A stretch of DNA of 24,962 bases from an uncultured Chthonomonadaceae bacterium. Its GTDB lineage: Bacteria > Armatimonadota > Chthonomonadetes > Chthonomonadales > Chthonomonadaceae. This document shows positions 1-9,329 of the stretch, piece by piece. Location of the stretch: the NCBI GenBank assembly GCA_963835065.1, contig CAWIEK010000052.1:1-24962 (forward strand), given 5' to 3'. The position numbers were made by a program, and so were the translations under genes. Each line of letters opens with the position of its first letter. The stretch's first letter is position 1. A model generated the notes under the pieces. It did not search any database. It saw nothing but the letters and a program-made list of their open reading frames with translations, and was not told the DNA's origin.

Positions 1-1844
1 AACATTTCGGTTTCATGGCGCATGGACATGCGCAGGTATTCGTCAAAGTCGGGAAAGCGCTGACGATCCGGCTTGACCAATTCAAGGGCGCGGAATTGCA
101 GCCATTGCCCGGAAAAGTTCTGCGACAGCGCACTCGAACGAGGGTCTTTCAGCATCCGCCGAACCTGCGCGGCTAAGACGCCGGGACTGCGCAATGTCTG
201 CTTATCGGCGCAGGCGCGAAGTTGTTCATCCGGCATACTGCTCCACAAAAAGTAGGACAGGCGCGACGCCAGTTCATGCTGCGTAATCAGGTGGGACGTG
301 TCGCCGCTTGTTACCGGTCGGGCTTGTGTTACGGTTGGATCTTGCTCGATACGGTACAGGAAATGTGGCGATACCAGAATTCCCTCCAGCGCGAGGCAAA
401 TTCCTTCTTCAAACGAGTCGCCCTGCTTACGGGCCAGAGTCACGAGATTTGTAAAGCGGTTGATTTCCCGTTCCGTCACGGGGCGGCGGAAGGCGCGGCT
501 CGCAAAATCGCTGATGATCTTATGGGCGCAGGCTGCATTGTGCCCGCCATGCAAATGCCCGCAGGTGAACACTTTGCGCAGGCTTGTCTCGGACGGCCCC
601 TTGGCCTGATTGTACGGCCCGCCGATTTCCAGCCCGCTCACCCGCGCGTCGTTGACAACAACCTTTTCCTTCTGGCGGGCTTCAAAGCGCTTGCGAAACT
701 CCGCGATGCGTTCCGGGGGCAGGCCGGGGAACGGCTTGAAGACGGGCGGGGCAACGGTTTTTTGCGACGGGTTCGGCCCGCCAACCTCTTTTGGCAGGCC
801 CTCGTACATCCGTCCCACAGTGGCGGCAATCCAATGCTCGCCCCCCGTCACTCTGAGCCGACATTCCACCGTTCTGCCGGAAAAATCCTGACGATCCGGG
901 TTGAAGGCGGCATCCCCGGTTGGGTCGAACGCCTGCTCCTCCATCTGCTTGCCGTCTATCCAGATACCAAAGTGCAGCGCTTCGGAACCGAGCGGGCGCA
1001 GGCCGTCCAATCGGGTGCGAAACAGGTACTCGCCATCGGCGGGGAACCGATGCGTGACATGGAAGGAATTGGGAACCGTCAGGCCGGAAGCGTCGTAACT
1101 CGCCGGAACCTTGAAGGTGGGCACGATGTTGCGGCCCGAAGCGTCATGCCGCGCCAGCGTTGGCTTCAGTATCTCCGGGCCGTAAATCGCCGTTCGCGCC
1201 AGCTTTTCGGCGGACGCCAGATAGCGATCCATCTGCGCGGGAGCCAGGGAAAGCACATCGCCATTGTTATCGAAACCATAGCCGGAATCATCCTGCGGAA
1301 AATCGTCGGCAGGCCGGATGTTGACGCCAAGCAGGTCGTGAACCGTGTTGTTATATTCGGCGCGGTTCAATCGCCGCGCGGTCACTCTGCCCGGATTGGA
1401 AGCGGCAAGGCGATCCGCGCGTTCGAGTTCGGCCTCGATACGCTGCGTCACGTCCTTGACCTGCGCCCCACTCGGCTTCGGCGAACCCGGCGGCGGCATT
1501 TCTCCGGTACGAACTTTGCGGACGATACTTTCCCATGTTTCGCGGCTGCGCGTGAGGGAAGCACGGAAGGAACCCGCATGGCTGAGAGACTGCAAATCCA
1601 GCCCGCCCGCTTTGGCTTTGGCATTGTGGCAGGACGCGCAGCTTTGGGTAAAAAACGCGGTTGTGGTTTTATCAAAGGCGGATTTATCGAAGGCTGCGGT
1701 ATCCGGCGCGGCTTGTGCGGGAGCGGAGACATGCGGCTTCGGAGTTGTCTTCTGCCTGGTCTGTCCGTTCGAGGGAAGCAGAAGTGCTGTCGCCAAAAGC
1801 GGCACGGAACTTATCGGCAGTATAAATGGGAGCCACGAGCGCAT
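1..1844 (-). CDS. DUF1592/DUF1587-family protein with N-terminal planctomycete-type cytochrome c domain (3' end runs off the window)
   Basis: Manual minus-strand translation from ATG at 1844 gives MRSWLPFILPISSVPLLATALLL (signal-like), FFTQSCASCHN (CxxCH), PGRVTARRLNRAEYNNTVHDLLGV (DUF1587-type) and QVRRMLKDPRSSALSQNFSGQWL (DUF1592-type). The same frame holds at both ends. It is absent from the ORF track because no stop lies in the window, and the + ORF 222..1880 is its antisense shadow. Confidence 0.9.
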   Translation of the reverse strand, partial: MRSWLPFILPISSVPLLATALLLPSNGQTRQKTTPKPHVSAPAQAAPDTAAFDKSAFDKTTTAFFTQSCASCHNAKAKAGGLDLQSLSHAGSFRASLTRSRETWESIVRKVRTGEMPPPGSPKPSGAQVKDVTQRIEAELERADRLAASNPGRVTARRLNRAEYNNTVHDLLGVNIRPADDFPQDDSGYGFDNNGDVLSLAPAQMDRYLASAEKLARTAIYGPEILKPTLARHDASGRNIVPTFKVPASYDASGLTVPNSFHVTHRFPADGEYLFRTRLDGLRPLGSEALHFGIWIDGKQMEEQAFDPTGDAAFNPDRQDFSGRTVECRLRVTGGEHWIAATVGRMYEGLPKEVGGPNPSQKTVAPPVFKPFPGLPPERIAEFRKRFEARQKEKVVVNDARVSGLEIGGPYNQAKGPSETSLRKVFTCGHLHGGHNAACAHKIISDFASRAFRRPVTEREINRFTNLVTLARKQGDSFEEGICLALEGILVSPHFLYRIEQDPTVTQARPVTSGDTSHLITQHELASRLSYFLWSSMPDEQLRACADKQTLRSPGVLAAQVRRMLKDPRSSALSQNFSGQWLQFRALELVKPDRQRFPDFDEYLRMSMRHETEM

Positions 1845-1905
1845 TCTCGGTCTCTCTTTCCGGCAATGAGCGCCGCTTAAAATCATGTGGTATACGCAGT
1901 AAGTA

Positions 1906-1934
1906 AGCGTACCATAAGGCGTCGGCGCTGTCAA
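1906..1934 (-). promoter_or_regulatory. sigma70-type promoter for the DUF1592 gene
   Basis: Minus strand reads TTGACA-17 bp-TACGCT with an extended -10 TG, about 60 bp upstream of the ATG at 1844. Confidence 0.6.
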
Positions 1935-1988
1935 CACGCCGGGAAGAAAAGGCCAATCATTGAAAACAGGCACCAAAACAGACACAGC

Positions 1989-2022
1989 AAAAGGGAGCGA
2001 TATTCCTTCAGTATCGCTCCCT
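1989..2022 (-). terminator. intrinsic terminator downstream of the FAD oxidase
   Basis: Perfect 11-bp stem AGGGAGCGATA (1992-2002) / TATCGCTCCCT (2012-2022) with a 9-nt loop, followed by a short T-run on the minus strand. Confidence 0.7.
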
Positions 2023-2089
2023 GGTTTCTTTACTTCTGCCTGGCTGCGCCGCTTACGGCTGCAAATTACACGATGAACTTAGTCCGCTG

Positions 2090-3469
2090 CTACGACGCCG
2101 GCTTGATATTCTGATTGACGTGAAAGAAATTTTGCGGATCGTATTTGGCTTTGACCTGTGCCAGGCGCGGATAGTTGTCGCCATAGGCGGCCTTCACCCG
2201 GTCCTCGCCCTCATCCATAATCATGTTCACGTAGCCGCCGCCGCTCGAATAGGGATGCAGGGCCTGCCAGTAATCCTTTGCCCATGTGGTCATGCGCGTA
2301 TTGTTTTGCGGGTCGGGGTCAACGCCGACAATAACCTGGGCAAAGTTGGTGTTGCGATAACCCCAGGCCGTATCCCCCGCCCCTACCCGGCTCGCTGCGC
2401 CGTTGATGGGATAGATGTGCATGGTCGAGTGCATGGTCGGTAATTGTCCGCCGTATTTGCCGTGCAGATCAATCGCTTTGGCATCGTAGCCATTGAAGAA
2501 GTCCGCCCGCCAGTACCATTGCAGCCCCGCCGGGTACAGCGCGTCGAACATGCCCTGAATCATTGGAAATGGAATCGTCCCGGCAAAATCAATTGCAGGC
2601 GAACCGAATTGGCGGATAGGTTTGAACGCGGCTTCGGCGGTTTCCGGCGCGCCGGTGTAGCACCAGACAATAACGCACATCTTTTGCAGATGATACTCTT
2701 CGGGAAAAGGCGCGGCCGGCGGCACGGTCACAAAGCCGAACCAGCCGTTCATGTCGTCGGGCGCGTTGACAATAAAGTCCTGCCAGAAACGCATCAATCC
2801 GGCGGCCTGTTCCAGCGGCCAGAAAATCGGGCCTCCATAAATGGCGCTGACGGGGCAGCCCCGGAAAAGGAACGACGTGACAACGCCGAAGTTGCCGCCG
2901 CCGCCGCGTACAGCCCAGAAAAGATCGGCGTTCTCCTCGGCGCTTGCCGTGATAAACCGCCCATCCGCCAGCACCATGTCTACTTCCAGCAGATTATCAA
3001 TGGTCAGGCCGTATTTGCGCGTGAGATAGCCGATGCCGCCGCCAAGCGTCAGCCCGCCCACTCCCGTGCTGGCAATAAACCCGGAAGGGACCGCCAACCC
3101 AAAGGGATGGGTCGCATGATCCACCTCGCCCCAAACACAGCCTCCTTCCACGCGCGCGGTTTTGTTGGCAGGGTCTACGCGAATACCCTTCATGCGGGAT
3201 AAATCAATGACCAGGCCATCCTCGCAGGTTCCAAAGCCGGGGCCATTGTGTCCGCCGCCGCGTACGGCGACGGTAAGGTTGTTCTCCCGGCCAAAGTTGA
3301 CGGCGCTGATGACATCGGCCACATCCACGCACCGGGCAATGAGCGCCGGGTATTTGTCAATCATGGCATTGTGAACTTTGCGCGCCTCCTCGTAGGGCGC
3401 GTCTTCGGGTTCAATCAATTCGCCGCGCAGCAGCGCGCGAAATTCACTAATTTCTTGTTGAGATAACAT
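2090..3469 (-). CDS. FAD-linked oxidoreductase, VAO/berberine-bridge-enzyme family (FAD_binding_4 + BBE)
   Basis: RGGGHN (His at the covalent FAD site), GVGGLTLGGGIG, DLFWAVRGGGGNFGVVT and a C-terminal YVN...YGDNYPRLAQVKAKYDPQNFF BBE motif. Start placed at ATG 3469 after the RBS AGGGAG. Confidence 0.92.
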   Translation of the reverse strand: MLSQQEISEFRALLRGELIEPEDAPYEEARKVHNAMIDKYPALIARCVDVADVISAVNFGRENNLTVAVRGGGHNGPGFGTCEDGLVIDLSRMKGIRVDPANKTARVEGGCVWGEVDHATHPFGLAVPSGFIASTGVGGLTLGGGIGYLTRKYGLTIDNLLEVDMVLADGRFITASAEENADLFWAVRGGGGNFGVVTSFLFRGCPVSAIYGGPIFWPLEQAAGLMRFWQDFIVNAPDDMNGWFGFVTVPPAAPFPEEYHLQKMCVIVWCYTGAPETAEAAFKPIRQFGSPAIDFAGTIPFPMIQGMFDALYPAGLQWYWRADFFNGYDAKAIDLHGKYGGQLPTMHSTMHIYPINGAASRVGAGDTAWGYRNTNFAQVIVGVDPDPQNNTRMTTWAKDYWQALHPYSSGGGYVNMIMDEGEDRVKAAYGDNYPRLAQVKAKYDPQNFFHVNQNIKPAS

Positions 3470-3543
3470 GTATTCTCCCTGGTTCCACCCTGGAACCTGT
3501 GTCGGCTCGTTACAAAGCTCCGGCGAGATTTGTAACTGAGGGC

Positions 3544-3576
3544 AGTTTACCAAAAGAGGCGTTAGACAAACGTTAG
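3544..3576 (-). promoter_or_regulatory. putative SARP/OmpR-type direct-repeat operator plus -10 box of the oxidase promoter
   Basis: Minus strand reads CTAACG-tttgt-CTAACG (11-bp period; 3576-3571 and 3565-3560), then 10 bp, then TAAACT preceded by TG (3549-3544). Confidence 0.55.
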
Positions 3577-3632
3577 TTGCGCGGATAGCAGGGAATTATT
3601 TGGAAAAAAGTGATAAAATTTGATAATTAAAT

Positions 3633-6600
3633 TCAGTAATTAAATAAATATCCTAAAGCTGTGCCATCAATGCCTGCGCGGTCTTGCAAATCCGGGGTAT
3701 CAAAGCCTTCAGTAAACCAAGCAACTACTCGGGACAGGCATTGTTTTGCCTCTGACAAGCGAGAATGGGCCTGCCATAAGCGGGACAGGCTGGCAGCGGC
3801 CCGCAATTCAAGCGACCGGGACTGTTGGCTTCGGGCAATTTCAAGGGCGCGCAGAAACGCCGCTTCGCTGTCGCCCAAAGCCGCGCCCTGCGCCCACATC
3901 AATTCGCCGCGCAATCGGTGAATTTCCGCATCCCACCAATGCTCGTTATTCTGAAACGATTCCTCCAGCGCCTGCTCCAGCGCGTCTAGACCTTCCTCCC
4001 ATTGCCCGGCTTTGAGACACGCCTGGCCCAGGTAGGAAAAATAAACGGGTAAGCGGATGCGCGCCCCGGTGTCGGCAAAGACCTGAATCGCGCTGCGTAA
4101 ATCGCTTATGTTGTCCGCGCACGGCTGCTGCATTGCCCGCGCAAAACGCCTCTGAATACTCGCCCAGGCATGGTAGTAGGGCGCTTTACAATCTATTGCC
4201 AGTGTACAGGCATCTTCCGCGCAGGCCGCATAACTATCCCTGTCGGCCTGCCAGCTTTGCAGCATTGCCAGATAGGTAATCGCCAGCGCTTGGCTGAAGG
4301 GCTGGGCATATTCGCGGGCATGTTCGATTGCCGCCTGAGCGCTGCGCAGCGCCCGCTGAGGATAGCCCAGACACCACAGCGCGTGTGAGTTCCAGGCCAA
4401 TCCATGTACCAGAAAATTGAAGTCCTGCGACTCTTGCAGTTCTTGAGTATGCTTGTTATCGCGAGCAGTGACGATCTTTTCAAACAGCTCCTGGGCTTCC
4501 ACCATCTGGCCCATCTGCAATCTGGCGCCTGCCAGGTAAATTTCGGCAAATAGCGGCGGCGTGTTCTGCGCCTGCCTGTACAGTTGATCCACCTGCGCGC
4601 AGGTCCGCTCTACCTTTTCATATTGGGCTTGAACCACATAAAGCGCCTGTACGCCAAACAGGGTGCGGATGCGCTGCTCGGCATCACCCACCTTAGCGCT
4701 CAAGACCATTGCGCGGTTTATCACCCGCTCTTCTTCCGGCGAAGTCCAGCCTTTGCTGATGCGATACAGGGTCGCCAGCGCCAGCTGGATGCTCAATTCC
4801 TGCGTGTCCCGTTTCACGCTGGCCGGCAATTGTTTCAACAGTTCCAGCCCGCGATTGTACAGATGGATAGCGTCTTCATTGGCATACACGTCGGCGGCAA
4901 GGGAACCGGCCCGTTGAAAGTAGGGAAGCGCTTGCTCCAATAAGCCGGCCTGCTCATAGTGCGCGGCAATCCGGGCGCTGATCGGATCAAGGTTCTCGGT
5001 ATGGAGCATTTCAAGCGCGCAGGCGATGCGGCGATGCAATAATCGGCGCTGGGGCTGGCTGGTTTCGGCATAGGCTACTTCACGCAATTTGTCATGCGTA
5101 AAGTCGAACACATTGGCGCTCTGTTCGCGCGCAATGCGCCTCTGCCACAATTCGTCCAGAGCGCGGAGAATGGTATCTTCGTTTTCCTGGCCGACAAGGG
5201 ATAGCAGTTCCGGCGTGAAAGCGCGGCCAATGGCGGCTCCAATCTCGGCCACCGCGCGGGCGGGTGGGGAGAGTTGGGCCAGCCGGCCTGCAATAACCGC
5301 CTGAACGCGCGGCGGAAGGCCGGGCGCGTCAGGGAAGGCTGCTTCTATAGAGGTACCTGTTTGTGAGGGCGCAGTCATGGCTATTCCCGCCCGAACTGCT
5401 TCGATAACAAACAGCGGATTTCCCTCGGTTTCACGATACACCCGGACGTTTGCCCCCTCATCCAGAGTATAGCCCTGCACCTGGGAAGCCAATGTTGCCG
5501 TTTCAACCGCATCGAGCGGTGAGAGTTCGATAACGGCAACGCGGTTGTCGGCCAGCAATTGCCGGGTGAGGGCAAAAAGGGGATGATCGGGCGGCGACTC
5601 TTCCATGCGGGCCGTGCCAAGCAGAAATATGGCGCTGCGCGGTTCAAAGCGCAGCAGGAAATGGAGCCACTCCAGCGTCTCCTGGTCACACCATTGCAAG
5701 TCGTCAATCCATAGCAACAAGGGGCGGGGCGCGGCGAGTACCCCGCGCGCCAGCGCCTCAAAAAAGCGCTGGCGCCGTCCATATTCGGTGATGGGTTCAG
5801 GCCGGGAAAGAACAGGGTATTCGCTGCAAAGTTCGGGCAGCAGGCGGGCCAGTTCCGTCAGCCAGACCGGATCGAGCGCAGCCAGGTGAGGACGCAAGGC
5901 CGCGCTGCGCAGCCATTCGGTAATCGGCGCCAGCAATAGATTCCCTTCCACGCTGTAGGAGCGAGTTTGAGCGGCTGTAAAACCCTGGCGCGCGACCCAG
6001 TTGAACAACTCCTCCGCTAAACGCGATTTCCCGATGCCCGCTTCGCCGGTAATCAGGCCCATCTGCGCCCCTCCTCCCGCCGCGCGCTGCCAGGCCGCCC
6101 GCAATCGCTGCCAGGCCGCCTGCCGTCCCACGAGCCGGTTGGAACTCGCAGACGTGTCGGCCTCGCTGAAGAGAGTTGTTCGCGACGCGCGCTGCAAGCA
6201 GTGGTACGCGGCCTGAAGTTCCTCGCCTGGCTCGGCATCCAATTCACGCCGCAGTGTTTCGACAGCGGCCTGGTACGCGCGCCGGGCGCCGGCGCGATCC
6301 TCATTCAAGCTATACAAACGGATGAGCGACACGTATGCGCTTTCATCAAGCGCATCCAACCGTTGCAGGCGTTGGGCTATTGAAAGCGCCGCCACATACT
6401 CGCGCTGTATTTCGAGGACCTGTATCAACTTCCGGCAAGCACTCCCGCACTGCTGGCGCAAGCGCTCCCGCTCCAGAAGGAGCCAATCATCGTAACAGCC
6501 GGGCAGCAAATCCCCCTGAAAGCGCGCGACCGCCTGCTCAAGTTGATGACGGCAGGCAGGGGCATCGCCGCGCCGCTCGGCGGTTTCCGCTTCCCGCAGG

Positions 6601-6971
6601 GCGCGTTCAAAACAATGAACATCAATGACTTGCTCCTCGTCCGTTTTCCAGTACACGCTATTGGTGTCGGCCAGCAAAAAGCGGTCGGGGTCGGGGAGCG
6701 CATGACGGAGTTGATATAATAGTTGACGCAGGTTGTTGCGAGCCTGCGGCTCGGCCGCATCGGGCCAGAGGAGAAAAGCAAGGTGACGGCGTGGCCGGGG
6801 AGTATCCGCATGCAGAATCAAATACGCGAGGAGAGATTGCAGACGCGCCGAATTCAGGCCGGTAAGCGGCGCATCATTACAGATGAGGTTAAAGCCGCCC
6901 AGAAGCTGGACGCGCAGAACAGGGGGCGGCATACGGCTGGCCTTTCTGGGTGTAGCGCAGGCTGAAGTCAT
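3633..6971 (-). CDS. SARP-family transcriptional regulator (wHTH-BTAD-AAA ATPase-TPR); probable frameshift in the last ~10 codons
   Basis: LRVQLLGGF, LAFLLWPD...ARNNLRQLL (OmpR-like wHTH), BTAD helices, LVGR, Walker A GEAGIGKS, Walker B LLLWIDDLQW, TEGNPLF, FTHDKLRE and a C-terminal ELRAA...WFTEGFDTPDL. Removing one base near 3683 gives the more family-typical end DLQTAQALMAQL* (stop at 3653). Confidence 0.9.
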   Translation of the reverse strand: MTSACATPRKASRMPPPVLRVQLLGGFNLICNDAPLTGLNSARLQSLLAYLILHADTPRPRRHLAFLLWPDAAEPQARNNLRQLLYQLRHALPDPDRFLLADTNSVYWKTDEEQVIDVHCFERALREAETAERRGDAPACRHQLEQAVARFQGDLLPGCYDDWLLLERERLRQQCGSACRKLIQVLEIQREYVAALSIAQRLQRLDALDESAYVSLIRLYSLNEDRAGARRAYQAAVETLRRELDAEPGEELQAAYHCLQRASRTTLFSEADTSASSNRLVGRQAAWQRLRAAWQRAAGGGAQMGLITGEAGIGKSRLAEELFNWVARQGFTAAQTRSYSVEGNLLLAPITEWLRSAALRPHLAALDPVWLTELARLLPELCSEYPVLSRPEPITEYGRRQRFFEALARGVLAAPRPLLLWIDDLQWCDQETLEWLHFLLRFEPRSAIFLLGTARMEESPPDHPLFALTRQLLADNRVAVIELSPLDAVETATLASQVQGYTLDEGANVRVYRETEGNPLFVIEAVRAGIAMTAPSQTGTSIEAAFPDAPGLPPRVQAVIAGRLAQLSPPARAVAEIGAAIGRAFTPELLSLVGQENEDTILRALDELWQRRIAREQSANVFDFTHDKLREVAYAETSQPQRRLLHRRIACALEMLHTENLDPISARIAAHYEQAGLLEQALPYFQRAGSLAADVYANEDAIHLYNRGLELLKQLPASVKRDTQELSIQLALATLYRISKGWTSPEEERVINRAMVLSAKVGDAEQRIRTLFGVQALYVVQAQYEKVERTCAQVDQLYRQAQNTPPLFAEIYLAGARLQMGQMVEAQELFEKIVTARDNKHTQELQESQDFNFLVHGLAWNSHALWCLGYPQRALRSAQAAIEHAREYAQPFSQALAITYLAMLQSWQADRDSYAACAEDACTLAIDCKAPYYHAWASIQRRFARAMQQPCADNISDLRSAIQVFADTGARIRLPVYFSYLGQACLKAGQWEEGLDALEQALEESFQNNEHWWDAEIHRLRGELMWAQGAALGDSEAAFLRALEIARSQQSRSLELRAAASLSRLWQAHSRLSEAKQCLSRVVAWFTEGFDTPDLQDRAGIDGTALGYLFNY

Positions 6972-7057
6972 GCGCCCCAGGCGTAAACGCCGGGGTTTGT
7001 CCTTCCCTCGTTCCTACGCGGTTGCAGCAATTGCAGGGAAGGAACCAGTACCGGCTG

Positions 7058-7780
7058 TCAGTGGTGAGACAGCGATTTCAGCCGGGACAGGTTCGTCACG
7101 GTGATGACTTTCGCGCCTTTCTCAAAGTTAATGATGCCCTTTTCTTCCTTCAATTTTTTAAGTTCGCGGCTTAATGTCGGCGGCTCAACGTCCAGCCACT
7201 CCGCCGTTTCCGCCAGGCTTCTTGGCAGGCGTATCACAATGTTGCCCTGCTCATCCCGTTCTCCCACCTGATCGGCCAGCAGCGCCAGCTCATTGCAGAT
7301 ACGCCCCTGAACGGAATGGCGCGTCAGTTCTTCGAGGCGCTGCCCCGCATAACGAATCTTTTCGGAAAGACAATGGACAACGTTCCACGCGAACTGCCCT
7401 CCGCCCCGAATCAATCTTTCGTAATCCGCATGGGAAAGCCCCAGTAACACACATTCGGTTTCGGCCTGCATCCCCCCCGCGAAAACGGCGCTCGGATTGC
7501 TTCCGCTGACTTCGCCGATAATCTGCCCCGCGCTTCTGCGGGCGAAGAAAAGCCGCTGCGCCCCGGTGTAGGAGGATCGCCAGACGAGCAGCTCGCCACT
7601 GAGGATCATATACACCACCTTCAACGGTTCATCCTGCTTGAAGATTGGCTCTCGCGGCGTACACTCGCGGAGTTCGCCGCAATCACACAATGCTTCCAGT
7701 TCGGCTTGCTTCAGCCCGGTACAAATAGGGTGCAGGTCCGCCATCAGGCGCAGGCACTCTTCACGCTGTTTGTCCTTCAT
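7058..7780 (-). CDS. Crp/Fnr family transcriptional regulator
   Basis: cNMP-fold N-terminus (IFKQDE...YMILSG...GQIIGE), long C-helix, and a C-terminal HTH LAETAEWLDVEPPTLSRELKKL. AAAGGA-type RBS upstream. Confidence 0.88.
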   Translation of the reverse strand: MKDKQREECLRLMADLHPICTGLKQAELEALCDCGELRECTPREPIFKQDEPLKVVYMILSGELLVWRSSYTGAQRLFFARRSAGQIIGEVSGSNPSAVFAGGMQAETECVLLGLSHADYERLIRGGGQFAWNVVHCLSEKIRYAGQRLEELTRHSVQGRICNELALLADQVGERDEQGNIVIRLPRSLAETAEWLDVEPPTLSRELKKLKEEKGIINFEKGAKVITVTNLSRLKSLSHH

Positions 7781-7961
7781 TATCGCTTGTTCCTTTCTGT
7801 TCGTTGGGCAAATGCTTTTCCGGCTCCCGTCTGTGTTCTCGCGCTAACATCTGCTGAATAACAGGACATTTGCTGAAGAATAAGACCTTTGTTGCCGTTC
7901 ATAACCCCAATCATTGTACCATAACATGTTCACAATCATGTAATTTTTTATGTGCTGCCGC

Positions 7962-7975
7962 TTGATCCAAATCAA
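7962..7975. promoter_or_regulatory. FNR-consensus palindrome (Crp/Fnr binding site)
   Basis: TTGAT-CCAA-ATCAA is an exact match to TTGAT-N4-ATCAA. It lies in the divergent intergenic region next to the Crp/Fnr gene, with a TACAAT -10-like hexamer at 7988-7993. Confidence 0.65.
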
Positions 7976-8159
7976 CTTATTTGGCGCTACAATAGATGAG
8001 GGTGCAGCGCTAGTGTGTTTGCTCACATATTTTTGCAGAGCAGGCTGAAGACACATTCGGGCGATGTTGAGGCTGGAAGGGTTGATCGGCGGCGGAAAAT
8101 GTTGAAACGAAGCGCGGTTCCGCCATTCAAAACGCTGCCGCGTTGGGAAGGAGCAGAGG

Positions 8160-9288
8160 ATGCTTGGCCCGGAACTGACTTTTGTGGATCGAACCGGTGT
8201 GCTGTTCGAGGGACGGGAACTGGCCTTCTTTGGCGGCAACGACTACCACCGGCTTTCCAGCCATCCCGACGTGCTGCGCGCCCTGGCGGATGCGGTCGGG
8301 CAGTATGGCCTGAACCCGGCGGGGTCGCGGGTCACCACCGCCAACCATCCGCTTTATCTCCAACTGGAAGCGAAAATCGCGGCCTTCCTCGGCGTGGAAG
8401 CGGCGGCGACTCTGCCTGCGGGCTACATGAGCAACGCGGCGTTGCTGCAAGCGGTTGCGGAAGAGTTTACCGTTCTTCTGGTGGACGCAAAGGCGCATTC
8501 CAGTCTTCGGGAAGCAGCAGCGGAAAGCGGAAAGCGCAGGATTGTCTTCCGCCATTACGATCCCGACGACCTGGCTGAGCAATGCGCAAAATTTCTCAAA
8601 GCCGGGGACAGGCCGCTGCTCCTGACGGATGGCGTTACGCCCAATACCGGCGACGTGGCTCCTCTGGCGGCTTATCTGGAGGCGCTGCGCCCCTGGGATG
8701 GCCGCCTGCATGTGGATGATTGTCATGGCGTAGGATTATTGGGCGTGACGGGCAAGGGGAGTGGGGAAGCGGCAAACATTCCCCGCGAATTTATTTATCA
8801 AGCAGGCACACTCAGCAAGGCGCTTGGCGGGTTTGGCGGATTTGTAGTCGGCACGGACGCGCTAATTCAGCGCCTCCATACGCGCAGTACGGGGTTTATC
8901 GGCAGTACGCCCATCCCCCTGCCCATAGCCGCCGCCGCGCTGCGCGCCCTCGAAATCCTGATGGATACGCCGGATATGATTTCGCAGCTTTCTCAAGCGC
9001 GTACTGAATTTCAAAGCGTTTCTGCGTTCGCAGGGATTTCGAGCGGCGGCAGGCGCGTCGCCCATCTGCTCCCTCACGTTCCATGACCCAACCCGCAATC
9101 AGGCTCTTTACCGGCGGTTGCTTGCGAACGGCATTTACCCCTCCTTCATCAACTATCCCGGCTGTCCCTGCGGCGGCCACTTCTGCTTTACGCTTTCGGG
9201 CTTGCATACCGAAGAACAACTCAGCCGACTGCGCGACGCTATCGAAACCTGCGTTTGCGAGGGCGGCCCACCCACACCATCATCATAG
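8160..9288 (+). CDS. PLP-dependent alpha-oxoamine synthase family protein (8-amino-7-oxononanoate synthase/KBL-like), frameshifted near 8990
   Basis: FGGNDYHRL, GSR, GYMSN, HSSL, FRH, TDGV, VDDCHG and GTLSKALG (Schiff-base Lys). After a one-base shift near 8989-8991 the expected C-terminal domain continues as SPICSL...LLANGIYPSFINYPG...HFCFTLSGLHTEEQL to TAG 9286-9288. Confidence 0.85.
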
Positions 9289-9329
9289 GTACTGAGATTA
9301 GGAATTTAGATCAGGAGAAAGGAACTCAC

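Noticed and set aside
222..1880. 552-aa plus-strand ORF
   Set aside because: Antisense shadow of the minus-strand DUF1592 gene, which carries clear motifs.
7995..8159. Riboswitch in the long leader of the oxoamine synthase gene
   Set aside because: No conserved core of lysine, SAM, TPP, glycine or cobalamin riboswitches could be identified by eye.
8160..9288. Assigning the gene symbol bioF
   Set aside because: Family membership is clear, but there is no biotin context and the motifs diverge, so the specific function is not supportable.
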